A stretch of DNA of 64,000 nucleotides from Candidatus Uhrbacteria bacterium (GTDB lineage Bacteria; Patescibacteriota; Patescibacteriia; UBA9934; GWF2-40-263), in assembly GCA_037131775.1 (NCBI GenBank), contig JBAXQK010000001.1, forward strand, positions 12,708 to 76,707, in the 5' to 3' direction. Of the stretch, positions 56,942-64,000 are shown piece after piece. The notes under the pieces are model-generated. The model did no database searches. It was not told the origin of the DNA and saw only the letters and a program-made list of their open reading frames with translations. Position 1 is the stretch's first letter, and each line of letters opens with the position of its first letter. A program made the position numbers and the translations under genes.

Positions 56942-58390
56942 CTAGACGGCCGCCTCGGGCGGAGCGGCGTCGGCTTCAGGGGCCGCCGCGGGCGCTTCGT
57001 CTGCGGGCGGTTCCGCTGCCTTCGCCGCTTCCGCCGCGGCCTTCAGGAGCCTGCGGATCGCCCCGAGGCAGTGGTTGCGGAGGCCGCGGTGGTTCGGGTT
57101 CTTCCAGGAGAAGCCCTGGCTCAGAGCCTTCCCGATCATGGTGGTGAGCACGTCCTCGCCGTCATCGGCCTTCGAAGCCTCCGACAGCTCGTCCGCGTCC
57201 ATCGTGATCGCCTCCAGCCCGAGGTTGACCGCCTTGAGCTGTTCGTCCCGGACCGCGAGGGCCTTCTTGAACGCCGTGTCCAGCAGGTTGAACTGCAGGC
57301 CGGCCTGCTTCACCGCCCGCGCGATGAAGTTCGCCGAGACGCCGGGGACCTTCGTCATGCGTCCCTGCACCTTGTCCGGGTGCAGCGCGAACGCGATCGT
57401 CCGTGAGGCATCGCGCAGCTGGCCGTACGACGAGTCGACCGTGATCGCGTCGAAGGTGACGCCGTCCGTTTCGTGCGCGGACTCGAGCACCGTCCAGATG
57501 CTGCGCACCTCGCCCTTGGCGACCTTCATCTCCTCGGGGCCAACCTCGACGCCGTCGCCGATGTCGATCTCGCCGCTCGCCACGGCCTCCTCCACGGCCT
57601 CCTGGGCAAGCGCCGTTCCCACCGCGGGGAGCGGAACCGCGATGATCATGTCGCCGCGCTGGGTCAGCATGAACTCGCACGGGTGGGTCCACGCCACGAT
57701 GGGCGGAAGCGGGGACAGGATCTTCAGGCCCGACAGGTGGATGGCCTGCGGTTCGATCCCGCGGACCTTGCCGTCCCGGTCCTTTCGAATCCCGGGGTAG
57801 ATCTGGACCGTCGTCTTCACGCCCTTGTGCGCGGCCGCGCGCATGAACCAGCCTTCCTTGTCGGCCTTCTCGAGGTCGAGCGGGAGGAAGAGGCCCACGG
57901 TCTTGCGGCCGTTGCTGTAGCTCCACGCCACGAGGCCGCTGACCGGCGTCTCGGGGATGGTGCAGGCCCCGTCGCGGTAGAACGCGAGGGGCGTGGCGCC
58001 GTAGACCAAGCAGCGGTTCTCCTCGTCGATGAAGACCAGGTCGCTGCCGACCTGCTTCATGTACGCGCCGTGGATGGCGATGGGGAAGTCCAGCATCGGG
58101 TCGCCGAAGCGGCCCGTCCGGAGTGCGTCCCCGAAGATCGCCGTGTGCTTCTTGGCGATCTCGAGCGGCCGAGCCGTCCGGTCCATCAGCCTGCAGAAGC
58201 GCATGCCGTGGACGATCTCGACCGGGGGACGCTCGGTATCGCCGATGCGCTCGATCTCGACGTGGACCCCGTTGACCCGCAGGATGTCGAGATGCTCCCC
58301 GATCTTCAGCTCGCGGATGGTCTGCCGGACCTCGCTGCTTCGCTCGTTCTTGCCGTTCTTGTTCTTGTCGTTCTGCTTGCTGTCGGCCAT
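56942..58390 (-). CDS. Conserved-looking hypothetical protein, 482 aa, with an acidic Ala/Pro/Glu-rich C-terminal tail; family not recognised.
   Basis: Long ORF with protein-like composition and no TM or signal peptide. Start set at MADSKQ. A high-GC shadow ORF lies on the opposite strand. Confidence 0.4.
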   Translation of the reverse strand: MADSKQNDKNKNGKNERSSEVRQTIRELKIGEHLDILRVNGVHVEIERIGDTERPPVEIVHGMRFCRLMDRTARPLEIAKKHTAIFGDALRTGRFGDPMLDFPIAIHGAYMKQVGSDLVFIDEENRCLVYGATPLAFYRDGACTIPETPVSGLVAWSYSNGRKTVGLFLPLDLEKADKEGWFMRAAAHKGVKTTVQIYPGIRKDRDGKVRGIEPQAIHLSGLKILSPLPPIVAWTHPCEFMLTQRGDMIIAVPLPAVGTALAQEAVEEAVASGEIDIGDGVEVGPEEMKVAKGEVRSIWTVLESAHETDGVTFDAITVDSSYGQLRDASRTIAFALHPDKVQGRMTKVPGVSANFIARAVKQAGLQFNLLDTAFKKALAVRDEQLKAVNLGLEAITMDADELSEASKADDGEDVLTTMIGKALSQGFSWKNPNHRGLRNHCLGAIRRLLKAAAEAAKAAEPPADEAPAAAPEADAAPPEAAV

Positions 58391-58566
58391 GATGGCTCCC
58401 TGGTGAAGTTGTTTTCCCACGCATCGGCGGCGCCAATGCTGAGGACGCAGGCTATCAGAAATTTTCATTTTTGTCAAGGAACAGGGCATTCCTGGGTTGA
58501 CAAACATGGCAAATTAAGCTATGCTCCCTCCCTGGTTTCTCCTTCGAGATCCCAGCAGGAGCACAA

Positions 58567-59526
58567 TTGGAACTCACTCAAATTCTGGCCGAGCTCGCCT
58601 CGGCCGCCATCGCGCAACGCGGGTTCGACCCGTCGGCGATGGCGAAGCTGTCCGGAAACGCGTTCTACGGCGACACGGGAAACGGGGCGCAACGCCTCGC
58701 CGGTTTCGCGAGCGCGCTGAGCGCGGCCGGGGCCGACGAGGCCAAGATCGATCGGATCTCGACGATCCTCGAGGCCGTCGACACGGCGGCGAACGAGTCC
58801 CTGGACCACATCGTCGGCAGGACGAGGCGCGACCAGGACGATCTCACGGACGGGGAGCTCGCGTTCCTCGTCTCCTACCTCAAGGCCACCCGCAACCTCG
58901 ACGCGGACCCCAACGAGACGGACACGATGTCCTTCGAGGCGCCCGACGTCGGCTCGTCGAGTTCGCAACCGATTGGAAGCGGAGACTCTGGCGGAGGAGG
59001 TGGCGGTGGAGGGGGTTCTGGGCCGATCATCACGGCCAAGAACGTCGCGCCGACGAAGGTCCCTGGTTGGAGGCCGATCCTCGACGACCTTCACGCCCTG
59101 CTCGTCCAGTACGAATCGGGCAAGCGCCGCGTCGCTCATCTCGCGATCCGCGCGCTGGTTGACGGCTTGATCGACCCGCAACTCAAGGTCATCGCCGAGG
59201 AGTACGTCTTCGATCGCATGGCCTCCCCGAGGTTCGCCAAGGACGAGAAGTTCATTCGCCGCTTCGGCATGCCTCTCGAGCCCGAGCCGGAGACCGTCCC
59301 GGGGCCAGTTCCGCCCAATCCGCCGCAGCTCCCTCCGGTGAAGACCGCGGACGAGCTCGCCTGGGAGTCCGTCCGGGCGACCATCGACGCGATGTTCGCG
59401 GAGCTCGCTTCCGGCAACACGGACGCGGCAAGCAAGCTCTTCGCCCTGCGCGACGCGATCCCGGAAGGCGATCCAAAGCGCCTGGTCGCCGAACGCTACA
59501 TCGACCGCCGCTTCGCAGAAGCGTAG
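58567..59526 (+). CDS. Hypothetical protein, 319 aa, with a central Gly9 linker (SGDSGGGGGGGGGSGP) and Pro-rich segment; family not recognised.
   Basis: Divergent from the preceding hypothetical gene. Followed by a strong terminator. Confidence 0.4.
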   Translation: MELTQILAELASAAIAQRGFDPSAMAKLSGNAFYGDTGNGAQRLAGFASALSAAGADEAKIDRISTILEAVDTAANESLDHIVGRTRRDQDDLTDGELAFLVSYLKATRNLDADPNETDTMSFEAPDVGSSSSQPIGSGDSGGGGGGGGGSGPIITAKNVAPTKVPGWRPILDDLHALLVQYESGKRRVAHLAIRALVDGLIDPQLKVIAEEYVFDRMASPRFAKDEKFIRRFGMPLEPEPETVPGPVPPNPPQLPPVKTADELAWESVRATIDAMFAELASGNTDAASKLFALRDAIPEGDPKRLVAERYIDRRFAEA

Positions 59527-59533
59527 GCGCTAC

Positions 59534-59559
59534 CCGTGGTCCTCGACCACGGGTTTTTT
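59534..59559 (+). terminator. Rho-independent terminator CCCGTGGTC-ctc-GACCACGGG + TTTTTT.
   Basis: Perfect 9-bp stem plus a T6 tract. Confidence 0.6.
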
Positions 59560-59567
59560 CTTTTCTA

Positions 59568-59596
59568 TTGACCCATTCCGTCCAAACGCGTATACT
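59568..59596 (+). promoter_or_regulatory. Sigma70-type promoter TTGACC-17-TATACT for the ATP synthase operon.
   Basis: 5/6 -35 and 5/6 -10 with 17-nt spacing, 27 nt before the atpZ start. Confidence 0.45.
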
Positions 59597-59622
59597 CTCC
59601 GCGTCTGTGGATATCCATTTTT

Positions 59623-59862
59623 ATGGGAAAAGACGCGCAATATCAGCGGTTGGCCATGAAAATATTCGCTGATTTCAGCGGATCGATTGCCATTCCTGCC
59701 GTTCTGGCGGCTTTCCTTGGCAAATGGCTCGATACGAGCTACGGCACGTCACCGAAGCTCATCATCCTTTGTCTCCTGGTCGCGTTCGTCCTTACGGGCA
59801 TCATCATCGTTCGAAAGGCCCGGAAATACTCTGAACTTTACGCCTCGATCGAAAAACTATGA
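59623..59862 (+). CDS. ATP synthase operon small membrane protein (AtpZ/AtpI-like).
   Basis: 79 aa with two TM helices. First gene of the atp operon. Confidence 0.5.
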   Translation: MGKDAQYQRLAMKIFADFSGSIAIPAVLAAFLGKWLDTSYGTSPKLIILCLLVAFVLTGIIIVRKARKYSELYASIEKL

Positions 59863-60677
59863 AAATTCCTCCGGCTGCCGCCGAAGTCATCTTCCACATT
59901 GGGACGTTCCCGGTCACGAACGCGTTGTTAAACGGCTGGGTCGCCGTCGTCTTTTTCGTGATCATCGCATCCTTTGTCAGCGAGCGTTCGGCTCTCGTTC
60001 CAAAGGGGATCCAGAACATCGCCGAGGCCATCGTCGAGTTCATGCTCGGAGAAATCCGGAAGGTGACCGGCGACGCGGCGCGCGCTCGCAAGTTCCTGCC
60101 GATCGTCGGAACGATCTTTCTCTTCATCCTCTTCTCCAACTGGCTCGGCCTGGTTCCCGGAACCGGATCCATCGGCATCTGGGAGACGAAAGAGGGTGTC
60201 CGCGAGCTCGTCCCGTTGTTCCGCCCGGCCGGCAGCGACCTGAACCTAACGCTCGCGATCGCGCTGTTCGCCGTCGTCGCCAGCCACGTCTTTGGCATCG
60301 TCGCACTCGGGCCGGTGGGACACGTCTCAAAGTTCGTGAACGTGCGCGGCGTTCTGAAGTCGTTGAGGCACGGACCGATTGCCGTGGTCGTCGCGCTCAT
60401 CGAATTCGGCGTCGGCCTGCTCGAGATCGTCTCGGAAGTTGCCAAGGTCCTGTCTCTCTCCCTCCGTCTGTTCGGAAACGTGTTCGCCGGCGAGGTGCTG
60501 ATCACGGTAATCCTCGGCCTGTTTGCCTACTTCCTCCCGATCCCGTTCATCTTCCTCGAGGTGCTCGTCGGTGCCATCCAGGCAACGGTATTCTCCATGC
60601 TGACGCTCGCCTACCTCACGGTGGCAACGGAAGCGCACGGTGAGGGTGACCACGAGACGGAAGCGGCCCACCACTAA
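59859..60677 (+). CDS. atpB: F0 ATP synthase subunit a.
   Basis: LSLSLRLFGNVFAGEVL contains the essential Arg. Five TM helices. Confidence 0.85.
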   Translation: MKIPPAAAEVIFHIGTFPVTNALLNGWVAVVFFVIIASFVSERSALVPKGIQNIAEAIVEFMLGEIRKVTGDAARARKFLPIVGTIFLFILFSNWLGLVPGTGSIGIWETKEGVRELVPLFRPAGSDLNLTLAIALFAVVASHVFGIVALGPVGHVSKFVNVRGVLKSLRHGPIAVVVALIEFGVGLLEIVSEVAKVLSLSLRLFGNVFAGEVLITVILGLFAYFLPIPFIFLEVLVGAIQATVFSMLTLAYLTVATEAHGEGDHETEAAHH

Positions 60678-60799
60678 CCATCGTATTCCCGCCGTCGGAT
60701 CATTCTGAGAGCCCGTCCCGTCGAACCAATGCCTCCCAAGGCAAAATTGATTCGACCGGAGGGTCTCGCATCGCGGTCCGATGAGCGGACTTACACTAA

Positions 60800-61039
<240 letters not shown>

Positions 61040-61041
61040 AG

Positions 61042-61140
61042 AGGCAAGAATCAAGAATGCAAGAATGCAAGGAAATTTCAAGAATCAGGTTTCAAAGTTT
61101 AAATTTGAATCTTAAATCCTGAATATTCCTTGTTTCTTGC
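61042..61140. repeat. Approximately 100-bp AT-rich imperfect palindrome (GAGGCAAGAATCAAGAATGCAAG...CTTGTTTCTTGCCTCTTG) between atpE and atpF.
   Basis: Arms read directly. The local base composition is strikingly AT-rich compared with the operon. Confidence 0.45.
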
Positions 61141-61170
61141 CTCTTGTATCTTGCTTCTTTCCTCCCTCAT

Positions 61171-61677
61171 ATGAATGAACCTACCGGCGGACTCGCCACG
61201 CTTGGCATCAACCTGAATATCTTTATCGCGCAGCTCGTGAACTTCACGATCGTGCTTCTCGTTCTCTGGAAATTCGCGTACAAGCCGCTCGTGAAGATGC
61301 TCGATGATCGCACCGCGCGCATCGACAAGAGCATGAAGGACGCCGACCACGTGGAAAAGCGCGTGGCCGCCCTTGAGGACGAGCGCAGGGCGATTGTCGC
61401 CGAGGCGCGCGCCGAGGCCGGCAAGATGATGGAGATGACGCGCAATGACGCGGAGGCGATGAAGGCCGATCTGACCGAGAAGGCCAAGCGCGAGGTGGAG
61501 AAGGTGGTCGCGAACGGCAAGGCCCAGCTGAAGGCCGAGCAGGAGGCGATGATGCGCGAGGCTCGCAAGGAGATCGTCGAGATCGCCATCCAGGCCGCGA
61601 AGAAGATTCTCGGGAACGAGGTGGACGACAAGAAGTCGCACTCGCTCGCCGAGGAGGTCGTCCGCAAAATGACCTAA
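61171..61677 (+). CDS. atpF: F0 ATP synthase subunit b.
   Basis: N-terminal TM helix then a long charged coiled coil. The track ORF starts at 61144. Confidence 0.75.
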   Translation: MNEPTGGLATLGINLNIFIAQLVNFTIVLLVLWKFAYKPLVKMLDDRTARIDKSMKDADHVEKRVAALEDERRAIVAEARAEAGKMMEMTRNDAEAMKADLTEKAKREVEKVVANGKAQLKAEQEAMMREARKEIVEIAIQAAKKILGNEVDDKKSHSLAEEVVRKMT

Positions 61678-61679
61678 CT

Positions 61680-62033
61680 ATGAAGGTCACCACCAAACAA
61701 CTGACAAACGCCCTGTTGTCCGTCACGGACGAAAAGACGGGGAAGAAGCTCGACGAGTCGGTCCGCTCGTTCGTCGACGTTCTCGCGAAGCGCGGGGAGC
61801 TCGGACGGGTGCGCGACGTGATCCGACGGCTGACGACGACCGTGGTCGCGGAGACCGCGTTTCCGCTCAAGCCGGCGCAGCGCAAGTCGATCCAGGAGGT
61901 GACCGGCACGATGATCGAGGAGATCGTCGATCCGACGCTCATCGGCGGACTCAGGCTTCGCATCAACGATCGCATCATCGACGGAACCATCGCCGGGCAG
62001 CTCGAACAGCTTAAGCGAACCCTTTCTGAATAA
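61680..62033 (+). CDS. atpH: F1 ATP synthase subunit delta, short form (117 aa).
   Basis: C-terminal [28 protein letters not shown] is the OSCP/delta C-terminal signature. The N-terminal domain is much shorter than usual. Confidence 0.6.
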   Translation: MKVTTKQLTNALLSVTDEKTGKKLDESVRSFVDVLAKRGELGRVRDVIRRLTTTVVAETAFPLKPAQRKSIQEVTGTMIEEIVDPTLIGGLRLRINDRIIDGTIAGQLEQLKRTLSE

Positions 62034-62034
62034 T

Positions 62035-63528
62035 ATGGCATCGAACAACGACATCATCGAGGCGCTCAAGGCGCAGGTTGCCGCGTTCAAGGCGGACACG
62101 AAGGAGGAGAAGGTGGGAACCGTGATCTCCGTCGGCGACGGCATCGCGCGCATCTCCGGCCTTTCCGAGGTCCAGGCTTCGGAAATGCTTTTGTTTCCGA
62201 ACGACGTGTACGGCATGGCGCTCAACCTCGAGGAGGAGACCGTGGGAGCCGTCGTGCTCGGCGAGGCGAACAAGATCAAGGAGGGCGACATCGTGAAGAC
62301 GACCGGCCGCATCCTTTCGATCCCGGTGTCCGACGCCGTGGTCGGCCGCGTGGTCGATCCGCTCGGCAACCCGATCGACGGCAAGGGCAAGATCGTCGCG
62401 AAGGAATACTTCCCGATCGAGAAGCTCGCCCCGGGCGTCATGGCACGCAAGTCCGTCGGTGTTCCGCTCCAGACCGGAATCAAGGCGATCGACGCGCTCA
62501 TCCCGATCGGCCGCGGCCAGCGCGAGCTCATCATCGGCGACCGCCAGACGGGAAAGACCGCCATCGCCATCGACACCATCATCAACCAGAAGGGCCTCGG
62601 CGTGAAGTGCATCTACGTCGCCATCGGCCAGAAGGAATCCAAGATCGCAAAGATCGTGGCTAAGCTTGAGGAGGCCGGCGCCATGGAATACACCACGATC
62701 GTTCTCGCGGGAGCGTCCGACCCGGCCTCGATGCAGTTCATCGCGCCGTACGCCGGCTGCACCATCGGCGAGTACTTCATGGGCAAGGGCGAGGACGCGC
62801 TGGTCATCTACGACGACCTTTCCAAGCACGCCTGGGCCTACCGCGAAATCTCGCTGCTCCTCCGCCGCCCGCCGGGTCGCGAGGCGTACCCGGGTGACAT
62901 TTTCTACGCGCACTCCCGCCTCTTGGAGCGCGCGGCTCGCGTCGACGAGAAGAACGGCGGCGGATCGCTGACGGCTTTGCCGATCATCGAGACGCAGGCC
63001 GGCGACGTGTCCGCCTACATTCCGACCAACGTGATCTCGATCACGGACGGTCAGATTTACCTTGAGACCGACCTGTTCTACCGCGGTATCCGCCCGGCGC
63101 TCAACGTGGGACTTTCCGTCTCGCGCGTCGGATCCTCCGCCCAGACCAAGGCCATGAAGAAGGTCGCCGGAAAGCTGCGCCTTGACCTCGCGCAGTTCCG
63201 CGAGCTTGAGGCCTTCGCCCAGTTTGCCAACGACATGGACGAGCGCACCCGTTCCCAGATCGAGCGCGGCCGCCGCCTCACCGAGATTCTCAAGCAGCCG
63301 CAGTACTCGCCGCTCCCGTTCGAGGAGCAGGTCGTTTCGCTGTACGCGGTCACGAACGGCTACCTCGACAAGGTCGACGTGAAGAACGTCCAGGCCTGGG
63401 AGGAGAAGTTCCTCGACTACATGCGCTCGTCCGGATCGAAGGTCCTCGACGCGATGCGCGAGAAGAAGGAACTGAGCGACGAGATCGTCGCCGACCTGAA
63501 GAAAGCGATTGAAAACTTCACGAATTAG
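62035..63528 (+). CDS. atpA: F1 ATP synthase subunit alpha.
   Basis: GDRQTGKTA Walker A and the full alpha signature; 497 aa. Confidence 0.9.
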   Translation: MASNNDIIEALKAQVAAFKADTKEEKVGTVISVGDGIARISGLSEVQASEMLLFPNDVYGMALNLEEETVGAVVLGEANKIKEGDIVKTTGRILSIPVSDAVVGRVVDPLGNPIDGKGKIVAKEYFPIEKLAPGVMARKSVGVPLQTGIKAIDALIPIGRGQRELIIGDRQTGKTAIAIDTIINQKGLGVKCIYVAIGQKESKIAKIVAKLEEAGAMEYTTIVLAGASDPASMQFIAPYAGCTIGEYFMGKGEDALVIYDDLSKHAWAYREISLLLRRPPGREAYPGDIFYAHSRLLERAARVDEKNGGGSLTALPIIETQAGDVSAYIPTNVISITDGQIYLETDLFYRGIRPALNVGLSVSRVGSSAQTKAMKKVAGKLRLDLAQFRELEAFAQFANDMDERTRSQIERGRRLTEILKQPQYSPLPFEEQVVSLYAVTNGYLDKVDVKNVQAWEEKFLDYMRSSGSKVLDAMREKKELSDEIVADLKKAIENFTN

Positions 63529-63609
63529 GCAGAAGGCTGAAAGGCGTAAGGCCTAAGGAATGCCGGTAAAACCCTTAAGCCTTTAGCCTTATCCCCTTAA
63601 GCCTCCCCT
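63528..63609. repeat. Intergenic repeat, family 2 (second copy): TAGGCAGAAGGCTGAAAGGCGTAAGGCCTAAGG...CCTTAAGCCTTTAGCCTT...
   Basis: Shares AAGGCTGAAAGGCGT and the CTTAAGCC arms with 55931-56012. Lies between atpA and atpG. Confidence 0.5.
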
Positions 63610-64000
63610 ATGGCTTTGCAAACCCGCGCAATAAAACGACGCATCAAGTCCGTGAAGAACACCCGCAAGATCACCAAGGCGATGGAGCTGGTGGCGGGAA
63701 GCAAGATGCGCAAGGCCGTCGCGTCGGTCCTGGGAACCAGGCCGTACGCGCGTCTGGCTTTGGATACCGTGCGCAACATCGGCGCGGTGACGGACACCTC
63801 GCACCACCCGCTGCTGATGAAGCATGAGACGGTCGAAAAGGTCCTCCTTGTTCTCATCACCTCCGATCGCGGGCTTGCCGGCGGGTTCAACTCGAACATG
63901 CTGCGCAAGACGTTCGCAACGGTGAAGGCGCTTGGGACGGACGTGTCAGTCGAGACGGTGTGCATCGGACGCCGCGGAGCCGACGCGATGCGACGGGCTG
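63610..64000 (+). CDS. atpG: F1 ATP synthase subunit gamma (partial, truncated by the window end).
   Basis: MALQTRAIKRRIKSVKNTRKITKAMELVAGSKMRKA is the canonical gamma N-terminus. Confidence 0.85.
   Translation, partial: MALQTRAIKRRIKSVKNTRKITKAMELVAGSKMRKAVASVLGTRPYARLALDTVRNIGAVTDTSHHPLLMKHETVEKVLLVLITSDRGLAGGFNSNMLRKTFATVKALGTDVSVETVCIGRRGADAMRRA

Overview
This is a high-GC (about 62-64%) bacterial chromosomal segment, densely coding on both strands. All calls below come from reading the sequence and the ORF track; no database searches were run.

Recognisable blocks, in order:
- A cell-envelope cluster: a GT-C-like polytopic membrane protein, a stand-alone cyanophycin-synthetase-like ATP-grasp enzyme and an SLT-type lytic transglycosylase.
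- recQ.
- A Zur-controlled znuA-znuC-znuB zinc uptake operon, divergent from zur, with a perfect palindromic operator between them.
- A tRNA-Asn(GUU) gene interrupted in its anticodon loop by a ~566-nt group I intron that encodes an HNH homing endonuclease.
- A lower-GC accessory stretch of membrane and stress genes: a COG4705-like membrane protein, a histidine phosphatase, a DUF2177 protein, a Pyr_excise-like glycosylase and TspO.
- Two heterodimeric-type ABC exporter genes, an ArsR-family regulator, and small stress-associated proteins (YtxH-like, lmo0937-like).
- A secreted ice-binding-like (DUF3494) protein with a peptidoglycan-binding domain, peptidase E, and an FAD-dependent oxidoreductase.
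- Two adjacent GT4 glycosyltransferase genes, each split by a frameshift.
- prs (PRPP synthetase), a PAP2 phosphatase and a HAD hydrolase.
- A copper cluster: copA, an HMA-domain membrane protein and a cupredoxin-like protein.
- msrA, cspA, msrB and a glycerate kinase, then a third ABC exporter.
- A pnuC-nadR NAD-salvage pair, then rlmN.
- pepA, a thioredoxin-like 2Fe-2S ferredoxin, a glutaredoxin, a peroxiredoxin and a superoxide dismutase.
- rsmI, metG, cvpA and tatD.
- Two divergent acidic hypothetical proteins, then the F1Fo ATP synthase operon (atpZ/I-B-E-F-H-A-G, with a short delta subunit), truncated at the window end.

Non-genic structure includes two families of short intergenic repeats (a GGGACTAAAGTCCC palindrome family and an AAGGCTGAAAGGCGT...CTTAAGCC family), a long AT-rich palindrome between atpE and atpF, a recurring upstream motif GATyTTTGTTAT in front of three genes, a 29-nt copy of znuA coding sequence upstream of the ArsR gene, and several clean rho-independent terminators and sigma70-like promoters.

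No CRISPR array or rRNA gene was seen. Exact coordinates may be off by a base or so where start codons are ambiguous.
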